Positions 49,470 through 62,004 of a stretch of DNA of 64,000 bases are shown here, in pieces. Position 1 is the stretch's first letter, and the number at the start of each line of letters is the position of its first letter. The position numbers and the translations under genes were made by a program. Source of the DNA: Lama guanicoe (taxonomy: Eukaryota); NCBI GenBank assembly GCA_013239625.1, contig MU054187.1:8342358-8406357 (forward strand), in the 5' to 3' direction. The notes below the pieces were generated by a model. The model was not told the origin of the DNA. It worked only from the letters and a program-made list of their open reading frames with translations, and ran no database searches.

Positions 49470-50610
49470 TGCAAAATACACTGTTAAGAGAATGAAAACC
49501 CAAGCTGCAGACTGGAAGAAGAATCTTTGCAAAACACATGTCTGATAAAGGACTAGTATCCAACATGTACAAAGAACTCTTAAAAGTCAACAATAAGAAA
49601 AGAAATTAAAAATGGGCGAGAGATTTTAACAGACATCTTATCAAGGAAGATATACAGATGGCAAATAAGCATGTGAAATGTTCCACATCAGATGTTATCA
49701 GGGAACTGCAGATTAAAAAAACAATGAGATACCACTACACATCTATTAGAATGGTTAAACTCAAAACACGGACGGACAGCCTCAAATCCTGGCAAGGATA
49801 TGGGGCAATAGAAACCCTCATTACAGGTGGGAAAGCAAAATGGAACAGCCACTTGGAAGATAGTTGCCTGTTTTCTTGTAAAACCAAACATACTCTTCTT
49901 ACTAGAGAAACCAGCAATTATGATCCTGGGTATCTACCTAAATGAGTTGAAAATGTGTGTCTACACAAAAACCTGCACACAAATGTTTACAGCAGTTTTA
50001 GTCATAATGGCCAAAACTTGGGAGCAATAAAGATGTCCTTAAACTGATGAATGGGTAACAAATTTATATAATAAGTCCACATGGTGGAATATCATTTAGC
50101 TATAAAATGAAATAGCTATCATGCTGTAAGAAGACTTGGAGGAACCTTAACTACACGTTGCTAAGTGAAAGGCGCCAATCTGAAAAGGCTACACACTGTA
50201 TGATTCCAACTACATGACCTGGAAAAGACAAAACTCTGGAGATGGTTAAAAGATCAGCAGATGCCAGTTGTTGGGGGGTAAGGAGCAGAATGAAAAGGTG
50301 GAGCACAGGGGATTTTTTACAGCAGGGAAACTATCCTTACATCACTGTAATGGTGGATACATGTCATTATACATTTGTCAAAACCCACACAACGTACAAC
50401 ACAAAAAATGAACCTTGATGTACACTTCAGGACTTTAGTTAACGATAATGTATCAGTGTTGCTTCAGTTGTACCAAATGTACCACACTTCTACAAGATGC
50501 TAATAAAAGGGACAACTGGGAGGACAGGAGGGTCTGGAGGGGGTTTTGGGAACTTTGCCATTTCCTCTCAATTTTTCTGTAAACCTCAAACTGTCCTATA
50601 AGATAAAGCA
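49470..50610 (+). mobile_element. L1MC (L1MC1-like) ORF2 end and 3' UTR
   Basis: Track ORFs [34 protein letters not shown] and [22 protein letters not shown] are decayed L1 ORF2 C-terminus, followed by an L1MC 3' UTR. Confidence 0.9.
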
Positions 50611-51399
50611 TATATATATATTATGAATTTAAAGCAGGAAATACGTATCAGTTTCCATTTTTAAAAAAAGTTAAAGAGATTTTTTAAAAAGACAGGCAAT
50701 TCTTGGATTTTAGGATTGCTCAGTATGTAAACTGGTACAATCTGCAAGTTTTTTTTTTTTTAAGTAAAGAGTTCTAGAACTCAAAAAGAGAATATCTGCC
50801 ATCAATTATCCTCAGCCAACCTAGGTCCATTTCTGGCTATGACCTCGTAAGGAGTCACTATTATGAAAATCCGAGCACTGAGGTTTTCGTATCTCTTAGG
50901 TCAAGAAGCTGGTTTTCAGTGACCTGAGGGACTTTGGCCCAAGTTAGTTTCTTCCTTGGCATTGTGGGGTTTTGACTATTTTGTTTGCTATTATTTTTCA
51001 TATTTTCTTTAATCTTTTGAATTTTTTTCTGATTTTCTTCTTTATTTTATTTCCTTCTCATTTTTTTGTTTACACTTTTCTTCATTATTTTTCTCATTAA
51101 AAATTTATTTTCTTTATTTTTTTAAATTGAAGCACAGTTACAATGTGTCAATTTCTGGTGTACAGCACAATGCATACACATACATATACTCGTATTTTCT
51201 CACTTTAAAAACAATTTAGTGTGTTAATATTTGTTGTCTGTTTATCTTCATTTCTGTTTGGCCCTGTGCTTTGATTCCATTACAGGAGATCAGTTTTACA
51301 GGTGGGGTATGGAACTGATTTTCCCTTGAAGTGATTTGGATCAAGGTTTTCACCACCTTTTCTCAGTGTTAAGCTGAGCGTGGGGCACCTTGCCCCCGC

Positions 51400-52205
51400 A
51401 GTGCTGCTGCGGGGTCTGCCGAGGAGCAGGAGACGTCGACAAGGATACCCTCACGGAGGCGAGGCTGCCCCAGTGCATCCCGACTGGGAAAGAGGTTGCC
51501 GTGAACACCATTAACAAGAGCCAGCAGAGCTCCTCCGGGCTCCAGAGACTATCCCACAAAGTCGAAGTAAGGAAGCCTTCGATCAGCCCAACATCATGAA
51601 ATTATCTGAAGTGATGGAGATGGAGGAAACACTGGACCTTGCCATGGAGTGTGCTGGTGGAGGAGAGATGGTTGATCACCTAGTGGATCGTGGAGGTGTG
51701 AAAGAGAGAGGCCCCAGGCAAATCGTGCCAGAGGAGATCCCCTGTACGCACTGCAGCCAGAAATCCCGCCCTGGATGCTGATGTGAACATCAAGGCTACA
51801 CAGACCTTCGCTTCAGCAAGGAGTTCACCCTTGGCAATAAACGGGATCCCTTGTGTGGCAGCTCCCTCGGGCCGCCAGGGCCTCACGGTGGGTGTGTGGA
51901 GCCCGAGAGTCACCCTACAAACACGCTGGTCAGTGGAGCCCAGGCTTTTGATGGACAGAACATACAGGAGCACGGGGAACAGGGAGCTTCCTTCTACTTG
52001 TCCACAGAGCGTGAAAAGCTGCTCCAGAGAAACTTCTCATCCTCAGTTCCAGCAAGAGAGGCACTTTAGAGCAAATCATGAAAGTTTCCCGGATGCCTGC
52101 AGAGCATGGAGATGAGGAACTAAATTGCAGGGAGCCACTCCCTGACTACAGAGTCTCCTGTGGACTGAGCTGGTGGTGTCCAGGGCTTCACAGTGTGAAG
52201 AGGAG
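51400..52205 (+). pseudogene. Processed pseudogene of a MARK-family Ser/Thr kinase (closest to MARK2); kinase domain and start of UBA
   Basis: Intronless, frameshifted, collinear matches: IPTGKEVAVNTINKSQQSSSGLQRL ([25 protein letters not shown]), PNIMKLSEVMEMEETLDLAMECAGGGEMVDHLV ([33 protein letters not shown]), [75 protein letters not shown]. Confidence 0.9.
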
Positions 52206-53089
52206 CAGCCGTGACACGATGTGACAATCTCTGCCCTTAGTCCTTATCCATGGACAGAGGTGCTGTTTGACACTCGCCTCAGAGTCTATCAATTATTTAT
52301 TTTTCAGAGAAATTTGTTTGCAATATACCTTTAAGTGAATAAGGCAGTTAAGTAACCACAGACACAACCAAATCATATTATTTTCCTAAAAAAAATGGGA
52401 ATATAAATGCAAAGAAAAAGGTCTGGTGTACTTTCAGATGCTAAAGGTCATTATTTCTGGCTGGTGAAATTACGGGGTTTGGTCATCTGGCCTTCTCATT
52501 TGCATGACAAAACATACTGCTTTCGAAGAACATTTGTCACTGATTTTGTAGAATGTCTCTCAGTTTGGGTTGTCTGATGTTTCTGCCTGATGAGGCTGAG
52601 GTGGTAACATTTTTGGGAAGAATCCCACAGAAGTGTGCCGCTCTCAGTGCATTGTTATGGAAATTTAAAGAAAATTCTATTTTAGTGGCAACATGAAAGC
52701 CACGTACAGAAGATACTGGCTTCTAAACAGCAGTGGCTGGCAAAAATGACACTCTACAAATGAACCAAAGGCTGATTCTAAAAGTGAGCGCAATGGTCCT
52801 AAGGCAGGAGGCGGCGGCAGCAGCCTGAGGGTCACCCCAAGGACAAGCAGAACCCACCCCACTCACACTCCGACAAGGAAGAGCAAGCCCTGGGGGGTCA
52901 GACCAGGTAACCCTGCAGAGTAGGAGCCCGTTTAGTCCAACAGGGTCCAGGCGACATGCAAATGCGGTGGGCAAAGTTAGTTCTTTGACAGCCACGGGGG
53001 TGGGGGGTGCTTGTCACAACTCGGGGTGCAGCTGCTGGACTGTGACAACCTGCCAGTCTCTTTATGGCTCCACTCGGAGGAAGAAGCCT

Positions 53090-53206
53090 TGACTACAGAG
53101 TCCCCAGTGGACCGAGCTGGCGGTGTCCGGGGCTTCACAGTGTGAAGAGGAGCAGCCGTGACATGATGTGACGATCTCTGCCCTTAGTCTTTATCCACAG
53201 ACAGAG
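53090..53206 (+). repeat. Direct duplicate of 52143-52259 (MARK2-retrocopy UBA segment plus adjacent sequence)
   Basis: 117 bp ungapped, 10 mismatches by manual count, offset 947 bp. Confidence 0.9.
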
Positions 53207-54394
53207 ACACTTTGAGGACACTGCCTCCACCGCCGCACAAAACCCCAGTGCATCTCACGTGCATAGTTAAGGGACAGGCTAATTTCTTCCCCTTGTAAAT
53301 AATAAATCATACATTTTTTAGGACTCTTGATTCGTATGTTGTACATGTATGATCTGCTTAATATTTGTTGACTACAAGAAGCAGACCTACTGTAATCTCT
53401 TTTCAGGATGAACATTAATCCAACTCTGTCTAGAAAAATTATACAATTCATTACCAAACATAATCTCTATTGTACCCTGTGCTTAACCTTCATTTTTGTC
53501 CCCAGTCCGATAATCTTGCAAATCCGCTGGTGGTGTGTGATTGGCATCTGGTGTTCACACAAGCACTGCCTCACGAAAAATAAATGAAAAACTCCCAGGC
53601 TGAAAATGCCACCTTTCAGACTATCAATGGTTCTGTTCTCTGCTCTTTGGTAACTTCGGTACCACTCTAGGAAGGTCTGTTAAACTCGGGGCTCACACAC
53701 AAGACCTCTACTCTGGAAATGTTTTGGCAACTGACTTAAAATTTGACTTAACTTCCCAGTAGCAAAGATATTCACTGTTCAAGCACTTTTGATCAATGCA
53801 TTAAATGTAACAGCAAAGTAAAAGCAAGCAGTGCTTACTGGTCACAAATGTCTCCATTATTGGCATGAAATCAGAGCAAAACTAATATGAACATGACTAA
53901 GCGTATCTTCACACCCGAGAGCATAACTCTTCAAGCCATGTTCCAGCTGAATCTTTAAGCTGTCAGTTCATCTATGCAATTGTGTGATCCGAACAAAGCT
54001 TCGCCTGCACAGTGTGCCTTCTAAACTTGATTCCATTAGCAGATTTAAACTAATGCCTTGATCAAGTGACTGATTTGTAAATGCTTCTTTGGCTAAGAAG
54101 CCAAACCACAACCATGTAGGATTTCCCTCTGAGAAATCTGTGACTGGGCTGTTTCTTTTTTTTTAAGCTGAGAGGCATGCCCAGGTTGGCACCATGGAAA
54201 TAACGTCAAGGCATATTTTACAAAGCTGTCATTTAAAACATAATTGAGTCTAAGCAGGCTTCACAGACTGACCACAATACTGGAATATCACTTCTTTATG
54301 AACTGGACCCTAGCCTGAGGAGGGCATGGGTCAAGCCCTCATCTGGTTTTATGTGCACTACTACAGTAGCTCCTCATGAATGTCGCTACACTGT

Positions 54395-54545
54395 GGGGCT
54401 CAGGTTCAGGTCTCTGCCACCGCCACCCGCTTGGTGACTTGGGCCAATGTACTTAACGTGTCTGTGCCTCAGATGCCTTATCTGTAAAATGGACACACTA
54501 CTATATTTTCCTCATGTAAGAATTAAATAAGTTGGTGCTCAGAAA
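54395..54545 (+). mobile_element. MIR SINE
   Basis: GTGACTTGGGCCAATGTACTTAACGTGTCTGTGCCTCAGATGCCTTATCTGTAAAATGG, the MIR core. Confidence 0.75.
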
Positions 54546-57132
54546 GGACTGGAGACTGTCGACTACTACCATCATCATCTGCATCGTCATCATCATCTTC
54601 ACATTGCCACTGGGGTTTTCTCAAATACAAATCCAATCACGGCTCTCTCCTGATTTCTCTTCCCTAAAAGTTTACAATAGAGTACCAGTTTTTAAGATTT
54701 TTTTTTCATTTGCATTCATTTTCATTTCACTTCTTTTTATTTGCCTAATTTAGATTTCAGTTTAGGGCTGCCACGTATGATTTGCTGGTAAGGGGACTGG
54801 GCACCACAACGCCTTTCCTATATTTTCAGGCTTTCGATTAGCAAAAAATGGCTCAGAAGAGCACAGGATCTTAGGAGGAAGCCAGTCAAGAATGTTCAAA
54901 TGGCCTGGACCATCCTAAAAGAGGGAAATCGGCTCATAATGGAAAGTTATTTCAACTCCTTCATTAAAATAGAAAACCGTGCAACTGAATTTGTAATTTC
55001 TGAGATGATCAGTTGCTAATTTATTTTACAGACGGGATTTGATTGGACTCCATGGACAAGCTATCAATTCCATTAACTCATCATTTTGTACATTTGATTA
55101 AATCATTTGATTTTTGAAACATTTAATCAAAAATCAGAACCCACAGTTCTGTGGAAACTAAATTGTAACAGAGGACTAGCCCAGAGAGCCTTGGTAATGA
55201 AAATACAGAGATCCATGTCAACAACATATAAATGCATAGTCAAGTTATCAAATGATATTTCATCAATCCAAGCCAATGAAGAAACCAAGGTCCAAATTTT
55301 GACGGCCAACACTAAAATAATCAAGCTCTACTTATCAGAACCATAGGAAAGGCAGTTCAAGGGTACTCTGGTTTGCAGAGAAGGGGAGCTTATGAAAAGC
55401 CTGAGGACCATATGTTACATCTGCTTCATAATGCAATCATTTAGAACCAAAATACTGGGTAAACTATTAACATGGCCGAATCTAACAGTATCTCTACATT
55501 TGTAACACAGCACAAGGCCCTGAGAAAGGCAATGATTTGATCTTGTCAGGAATTAGAGCACTCTTAAAGAGGGAAAACAGCATTCTTTTCCAAATACTGG
55601 TTCCTAACCTTGGCTAGAGATTTTGTCACTGCATAAAAGGAATGTACGACTATTTCAGGAAGCCCACCACCACTATGAGAGCACGGGACATAGAAGACAT
55701 GGTGCCATAATTATATATAGACAATTCTAAAGTTACCTTGCAGGCTCTAAAGTTCTGTTAAAGATAACCTTCTACATATTCTAAATATAATTATTGCCAT
55801 GTCCTTTGCTCATCTTGCTCCCTCTTATGAGCACGCTCTCACTTGTTTTGTGAAATCCATTTTCAGTGTTTTTACCATGATCATTACTTAGGTAATGTTC
55901 AACTGCTTTGTTTCTGTGTTTGCCTTGTTTTCTGTGCACTCATCACTAATTCTTATCAATCTCTTTCAGTACTCTCTAAAATTGCTCTCAATATGGTCAG
56001 ACATATGGTCCTGTAATTTTCATATAGCTCGTCTCCTATTTTCCATCAATTTTTCCTTTGCTCCAGTCAAAAAAAGGCTGTTTTGACTTATCCCTTTCAA
56101 AGATTATTTTATTTCTACTCTTAGATTTCTAATTTCCAAGAGGTCTTTTGTGCTGTCTGCTTATACTTTATACAAACTACATTCCATTCTTGTTTTATAA
56201 ATGCAGTTTCTTCTCTTATCTTTCTAAGAGTATTAAACACAGTTTTGGGGGGGATTTTTTTCTGTTCCCAAATCGTGTTTCCTCTGTCTCTTTTTTTGTT
56301 TCTTTGTCATGGTTTCTCCCTATCATGATGGAAGCGTTCCTCGATGTTTCATAATTTTAGCTTCCTTTAACATTTGAAAACAAGACTGTGTGTGTGTTGG
56401 TGAGGCTGATGGATTTCACTATATTGTAATCTGAAGGGTGTCTCATCATTTTAATAAGCTATGTCTCTTTGCTAGTTAAATAAATAAGGCTATATCTTTT
56501 GTGAATTCTAATTTTGCTTTAGGGACTTTGGGAATAGAACATGGTATACAAATATATATAAATATATTTCCTACAAAAAGTTAACCAATTTTGAATTTGT
56601 CTTAATTATCATTTTTTGGAGATTACTGCCAAAGTCATTTGGAGTAAAGTTTGCAGATAAAAAAAAAATTAAAGTTCATTTCTGTTTATGGAGGTGAGAA
56701 CAAATAGAAGATATTATCACAAAGTGGAAGGTTGACATTAGAAATAAGAAAAGAGGAAAAGATGATGGATTCTATAGTTGTGCGAATTTTCAGCAAAAAT
56801 TCCAGGGTGGAGTAAGGGATTTTATTATTTCAGTGTGTTGTTTCCAAAAGAACTCCAACACTTCTGTTAAGTGATATTACCTTGTTTCTAGGGCTGAGAG
56901 GATTAGGGAGACCTGGCAGAGAGAGCTGAGGTACCAATAGGTTCTTCTTTTTCATCTGGTGAAGCGTGTATGTGTGTGTGCATGTACATATCTAACTATT
57001 TTGAACTAGGACTTGAACAAAGTGATGCCAATGTCAGTAAAACATGAATTCTTTCCACAGACCACTCTTCAGGAGGCAGATACCTTAACTCTCAGTAGAA
57101 TAAAAGCTTAAAAAAGCAAAAAAGGACTCAGT

Positions 57133-57240
57133 GGGAAGGCATAGCTCATGGGTTCAATCCCTAGTGACTCTGTCAGGAAGAAATAAATACCCAATCGCTC
57201 CCCCTGCCACCAAAACAAGCAGACAAATGAAAAAGCAAAT
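57133..57240 (+). mobile_element. Internally deleted tRNA-derived SINE, Vic-1 (camelid)-like
   Basis: GGGAAGGCATAGCTCA (5' end / A-box start) joined directly to TGGGTTCAATCCC (B-box), then AAATAAATACCCAATCGCTCCCCC and an A-rich tail. AAAAAGCAAA on both flanks is a possible TSD. Confidence 0.6.
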
Positions 57241-57659
57241 ACTCCAATGTCTCTCTCTCTTCTCGCTCCTCAGATACTTCCTGTCCCTCCTCAGGAAGAC
57301 CTGGATTTTGACAGAACCCTTATGCATCTACAGAAGGCGTTTTTTCCTCCTCTATAAGTAGGGCACAAACTGAAAAAACAGATGCCACTATTAGATTTAT
57401 AAATGACCATTCTACCACTTTGAGAGCTTACAGGCAACCCCTCAAAATATTAACTTAGTGGTTGTCAATGACCTTTTAAAATTCATTCTGCCTCTTTCCT
57501 AGAATGAAAAATTTCATCCTGTTATTTTTAAAGGATTTTACTTCAAAGCATGAATATGAAATAAATAAGCATTTACATACATCTATAAATAGACACATAT
57601 ATATATGCCTGCTTAATGGCAGAGCAAGTCCCTTTAAAATTAGAGACAAATATATTAAA

Positions 57660-58530
57660 CATCTTGTAACTCTACAAGAAGAAGACAACCCAATAAAAAA
57701 TGGGCAAAAGATTCAAATAGACATTTCACCAAAAGAAGATAAACAGATATAAAATAAACATATAAAAGATTGTCAACATCACTCATCTTTAGGCAAATTA
57801 AAAACTAAAATGAGATACTATTACTTGCTCACTAAAATGGCGAAAATCAAGAATGCCTGTACCAAGTGTTGGCAAGAATGAAGAGGAACGGGAACTCTCG
57901 TACACAGCTGGTGGGAAAATATAAAACAGTGTAATCACTTTGGAAAAGTACTGAGCAGTTTCTTACAATGGTAAACATATACTAGCAATACAGTTTAGCA
58001 ATTGCTCTCCTAAATATTTCTACCTCCAAGAAATGAAAATACATATCCACATAAAGACTTGTGCATGTAAATTTTTCATAGGTATATTAATCACAACTGC
58101 CCCAAATCAGAAACAATTCAATGTCAATCAACCAGTGAGCAGACAAACCAAAGGCAGTATATCTAGATAGTGGAAAATTATTCAGCAATAAAGAAAGAAT
58201 AAACCACTGATGTACGCAACCATACTGATAAACCTCCAAAGCTTTATGGTAGGAGAAAGAAGCCAGATACACGATTCTATTTACAGGAAGTTTCTAGAAA
58301 AGACAAAAAATAGAGGCAGAAGGTAGATCAGTCTCCCTTGGGATTGATGGTAGGAACAGGGATTAAATGCAAACAGGCAAAAGGAAACTTTTCAGATGAT
58401 GGAAGTCTTCAAAACTCGGTTGTGGTGATGGTTCTGCAACTGTATCAATTTACTAAAAGTCATCAAATTGTACACTTAAAATGAATGAATTTCATGATAT
58501 GTAAAGCATACCTTGACGAACCTGCTGAAA
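57660..58530 (+). mobile_element. Old L1 (L1MB/L1ME-type) ORF2 end and 3' UTR
   Basis: ACAACCCAATAAAAAATGGGCAAAAGAT...ACCAAGTGTTGGCAAGAATG...CAAATTGTACACTTAAAATGAATGAATTT. Confidence 0.85.
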
Positions 58531-61500
58531 AACAAGGAGGCATCTTGTATGAATAATTTTCCCCAAAGTCACACCAGAAACAAAGCAGCAAAAAGACCAG
58601 GAGCCAGGTCTCCTGACTCCCAATCCGATGATTTGTTTTTTCTGACTACACTATCCAAGGCAAGACAGGCACGTCTCAGGGTTGAGGGAGTCCTGACTTT
58701 CTGAAAGCAGATTTTTCTCTTTTTCTGGTATGTTTTTCACTTGCAATGAGCCCAGAGGTGATAAAGCTATAAAGTAAATAAACATAAGATGTTATCTCCC
58801 ATAGGGCAACTTCTGTTTGTGGCTAAATGAGCCAAGATGAAGAAACACTTCAAATAAAAAACTCAGCTGGAGCAGCATAGCAAAGAGGCTGCTGAGCTTG
58901 AAAGGGAGTCTGGCACATAGCCACCGTGATTCATAAACTATAATGTAATAAACGCGTATGAACAAAAATCTAATTTCCATATTCAACACTGGTTACCTGA
59001 ATGAGCCATAGGAGAGCTCGTTTTTGGAAACAACATTAATTCTCTGGAAACAAAATGAGCCACTTGATACCAGCCAGAGTGTGGTAGCTAATGGGGTTCA
59101 AATTCTATATCCCACCCATACCTTTCCTCCATCTCCAGATTCCAAGCAGTATCTCTTGAAACTTCTCCAATAAAACTTAGTCTACTTGGAAACTAACTTA
59201 GAAACACAGAAAACTACTTAGAAACTTTGTCTAGTTTAATGTCCGTTTTTTTTTTTTTAATCACCTCTGGTTGACAGAAGTATAATACGGGGCCAAAAAT
59301 TAGGCATCTGAAGCAAAAGACAAGATGAGACTATCTGAGTCTCAGAAAGGTTTAGCCCTCAGTACCACCAACTCAGAGAGCTGCACTATTTGTAGCAAAG
59401 TGACAGAGACTCAAGGCTTTGTGGCACCTAAGTTTTCAGAGACTAGAACTAGCAGTATTTACCCCAAAGGGCTCAGGCAAACTAATTCTTAACAAAATCT
59501 CAGAAAAAGCCCTGGAAAAAAGGAATATGAGAACTAGAAATTCTTTAAACACAAACTTTTAAGGAAATAGCTTAAGAGCTGTGATAAACTGCAGTCATAT
59601 TAAAAATATCCACTGTTCCTTCCTTAGAAGCATTAATCCTTGATGCCCCCAGTGATGCCAGGCTTAACCACGTGACTTTCTTTGGCCAAAGGTCTGTGAG
59701 CAGTGTGGCTAGGAGTGGAATTGCTGGATTGTATTGTTAGTGTATGTTTACCATTATAAGAAACTGCTCAGCACCTTCCCACCAAGATAACTAAGATACA
59801 ATGCAATGACTGTCATGATAGGGTTGTTATGGGTTATGCGCTCTGCCTCGTAACTCACTGCGTACTCTGATTCAGTTTCTCTAAATGAGTTCCCCAATTC
59901 ATTTTTCCCTTGTCTTTCCTCTCTGTTGAATTTAACACCCTAGTCCACGCATCTGCTCCTCTTTCTTGTCTATCTGGTCTCCATATACCCTCGCCAAAGA
60001 ATACTGTTACTCTACAGAAAGACAATGTATTTAATGGCTGTATCCATCTTGGCCATGTAAAATTATGCTCAAATCCCCACATGAACATGCAACTCCCAGA
60101 GTGGTTTATTCACAGTCCTGCAGGACGCATTCATATTCTTAACACATGTCATTAACACCTTATGTAACTTCAGTGCTTGTGAAGTGGTGTTTGGAGGGCC
60201 CCTCTCTCATTGATACCTCTGTATCTCTGTGAAGGGGAACTTCGAAAATTTGATTCATCCTGTTTTGTTTTCGCCTCTGCTAGTCATTGGTGGCTTTGTA
60301 ATAATTATTTTTCTTGTGATACAATAATATTCATCCCACAAGGAGGTTATGTTAAAGGTAGTTTAGTGAGTAGGATGGGAGTATTTTTCCTACCATTTGA
60401 TCTAGAAGATGCTATGCACCTTTTCTCAAAATTTAATTTCCCAAAATGCATCTTGTAATTTCTGCTGAATGAGACATGGGAGCGACAGGGGATTAGTAAA
60501 TCCTATACTTTGGAACCATCAACCGTCAGCCTCCCAAAGTGATCTGAGGTTTAAAAATACAGTATGATGGCACCTTCCTGCCAATAAGCATTAACATCAG
60601 GCTTCCTTGCCCACATGCTCTAGGATCTGTGCATATGTTTAAAATAAAATCACTTTACAGTTTGTTTAATTTCAGAATAAACAAGGACATAAGTTAACAG
60701 AGGCTTCTCTCTAATAATACTATTCCCTGAAGAAAGATAAATGTTGGATGCTCAAGATGGGTCAAGTTTATTGTAACTGTGTACCTGTCCCTAATAATAA
60801 AATGAAACAAAAAGGTAAAACTAGATGTATTACTATAAACTGCCTTACCGTCCTAAAAATAACTAGAAACAAAGTCACAGATCACTCCTAGGCAGAGAGA
60901 TGTTGTTTTGTATGCCACAGGTAAAACTGTTTTCTAACATAGCCTGGCACAGAGCTTTTCTAAGTTTAAATCATAATAGTTTGGAAATTTGGGGGGGGGG
61001 TTTTGTTTTTTTTTTGGAAATTTGTGTTTTTAATTTGAACCTTCTGAAATACGTATCATTCAAAATGTAAACTAAGAGCAGCAGAAAATTTCCTGTATTT
61101 GGTCTTCACAGGGCCTTTCATCCAAGTGAAAATGCCTCACTCTCAAGTGTGCCTGGGAACTTCCCTGCAAAGCACTGTGGTGGGCCAAGAAGCAGCCGAT
61201 GACCTGGAGGACCTTGTACGGTTTTCACTGGGTGTACAAAACGCAATTACAAATGCTGATTTCTTAGATTACAAAAATACAGAAAGGTGTACTGGAGGTG
61301 GGGGGAGATGGGGGAAGTGAGGATGAGAGGCTGAGACCACCCACCATGTACTCGGATCATCTCAGCTTTGGGGAAATACTCCGTGGAGAGTGTTCTCAGT
61401 GGGTCTCTAACGCTCCAGAGCTCCTGGCTCTCCAGATGCGGTTTCTCTGTCCTCTGACAGCACCCGGAAGATGTGGTTCATTCTCCCACTGTGCAGCCAG

Positions 61501-61724
61501 CTGGGCAGCCGGCAGGTGCAGAGATCACGCCCCTCCACCTTCCAGGCCACTCTGCTGCACCGCTTGACCCACAAGGTCCAGATTAAGGCTGAAGCTATTT
61601 CTACAAAATAAAATGGCGTGGTTGGAAGGTAATCTGGGGGAAGTAGATGAACATATGGAGACTCTGGAATTTAAAACAAATGTTGCAGTGCTTCCTGAGA
61701 GCCTAGGTCGTTGATCTGGGTGGC

Positions 61725-61915
61725 TAAGTGCACAGGGTCTGGAGCAAACTATCTGGGTTTGACTCCTCGTTTCTATCTACTCAGCGTATTCTCTCGGGGT
61801 GAAATCTCTCTGCATCTTGGCTCCAATTTCTTTTCAAAGTAGGGCTAATCATATCTCCTGCCTTATCGGTGGTTGTGAAGATTCAATGATATATGGAAAA
61901 TACTTAGAAACATTC
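61725..61915 (+). mobile_element. MIR SINE
   Basis: GGGTCTGGAGCAAACTATCTGGGTTTGACTCC...GGTTGTGAAGATTCAATGA. Confidence 0.6.
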
Positions 61916-62004
61916 AAGTGCAAAAGAAAGGCTCTATCAATGATGGGGACTGTTGTGAATCACCACAGATATCCTGAGGACTTAAAAAAAAAAACCAATA
62001 GATA

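Noticed and set aside
49658..50030. ORFs with protein-like sequence
   Set aside because: Decayed L1 ORF2 fragments, not host genes.
51390..52115. Functional kinase gene
   Set aside because: Split over several frames with deletions; HRDLK, DFG and APE motifs are disrupted.
57133..57165. tRNA gene
   Set aside because: Anticodon arm missing and a SINE-type tail follows.
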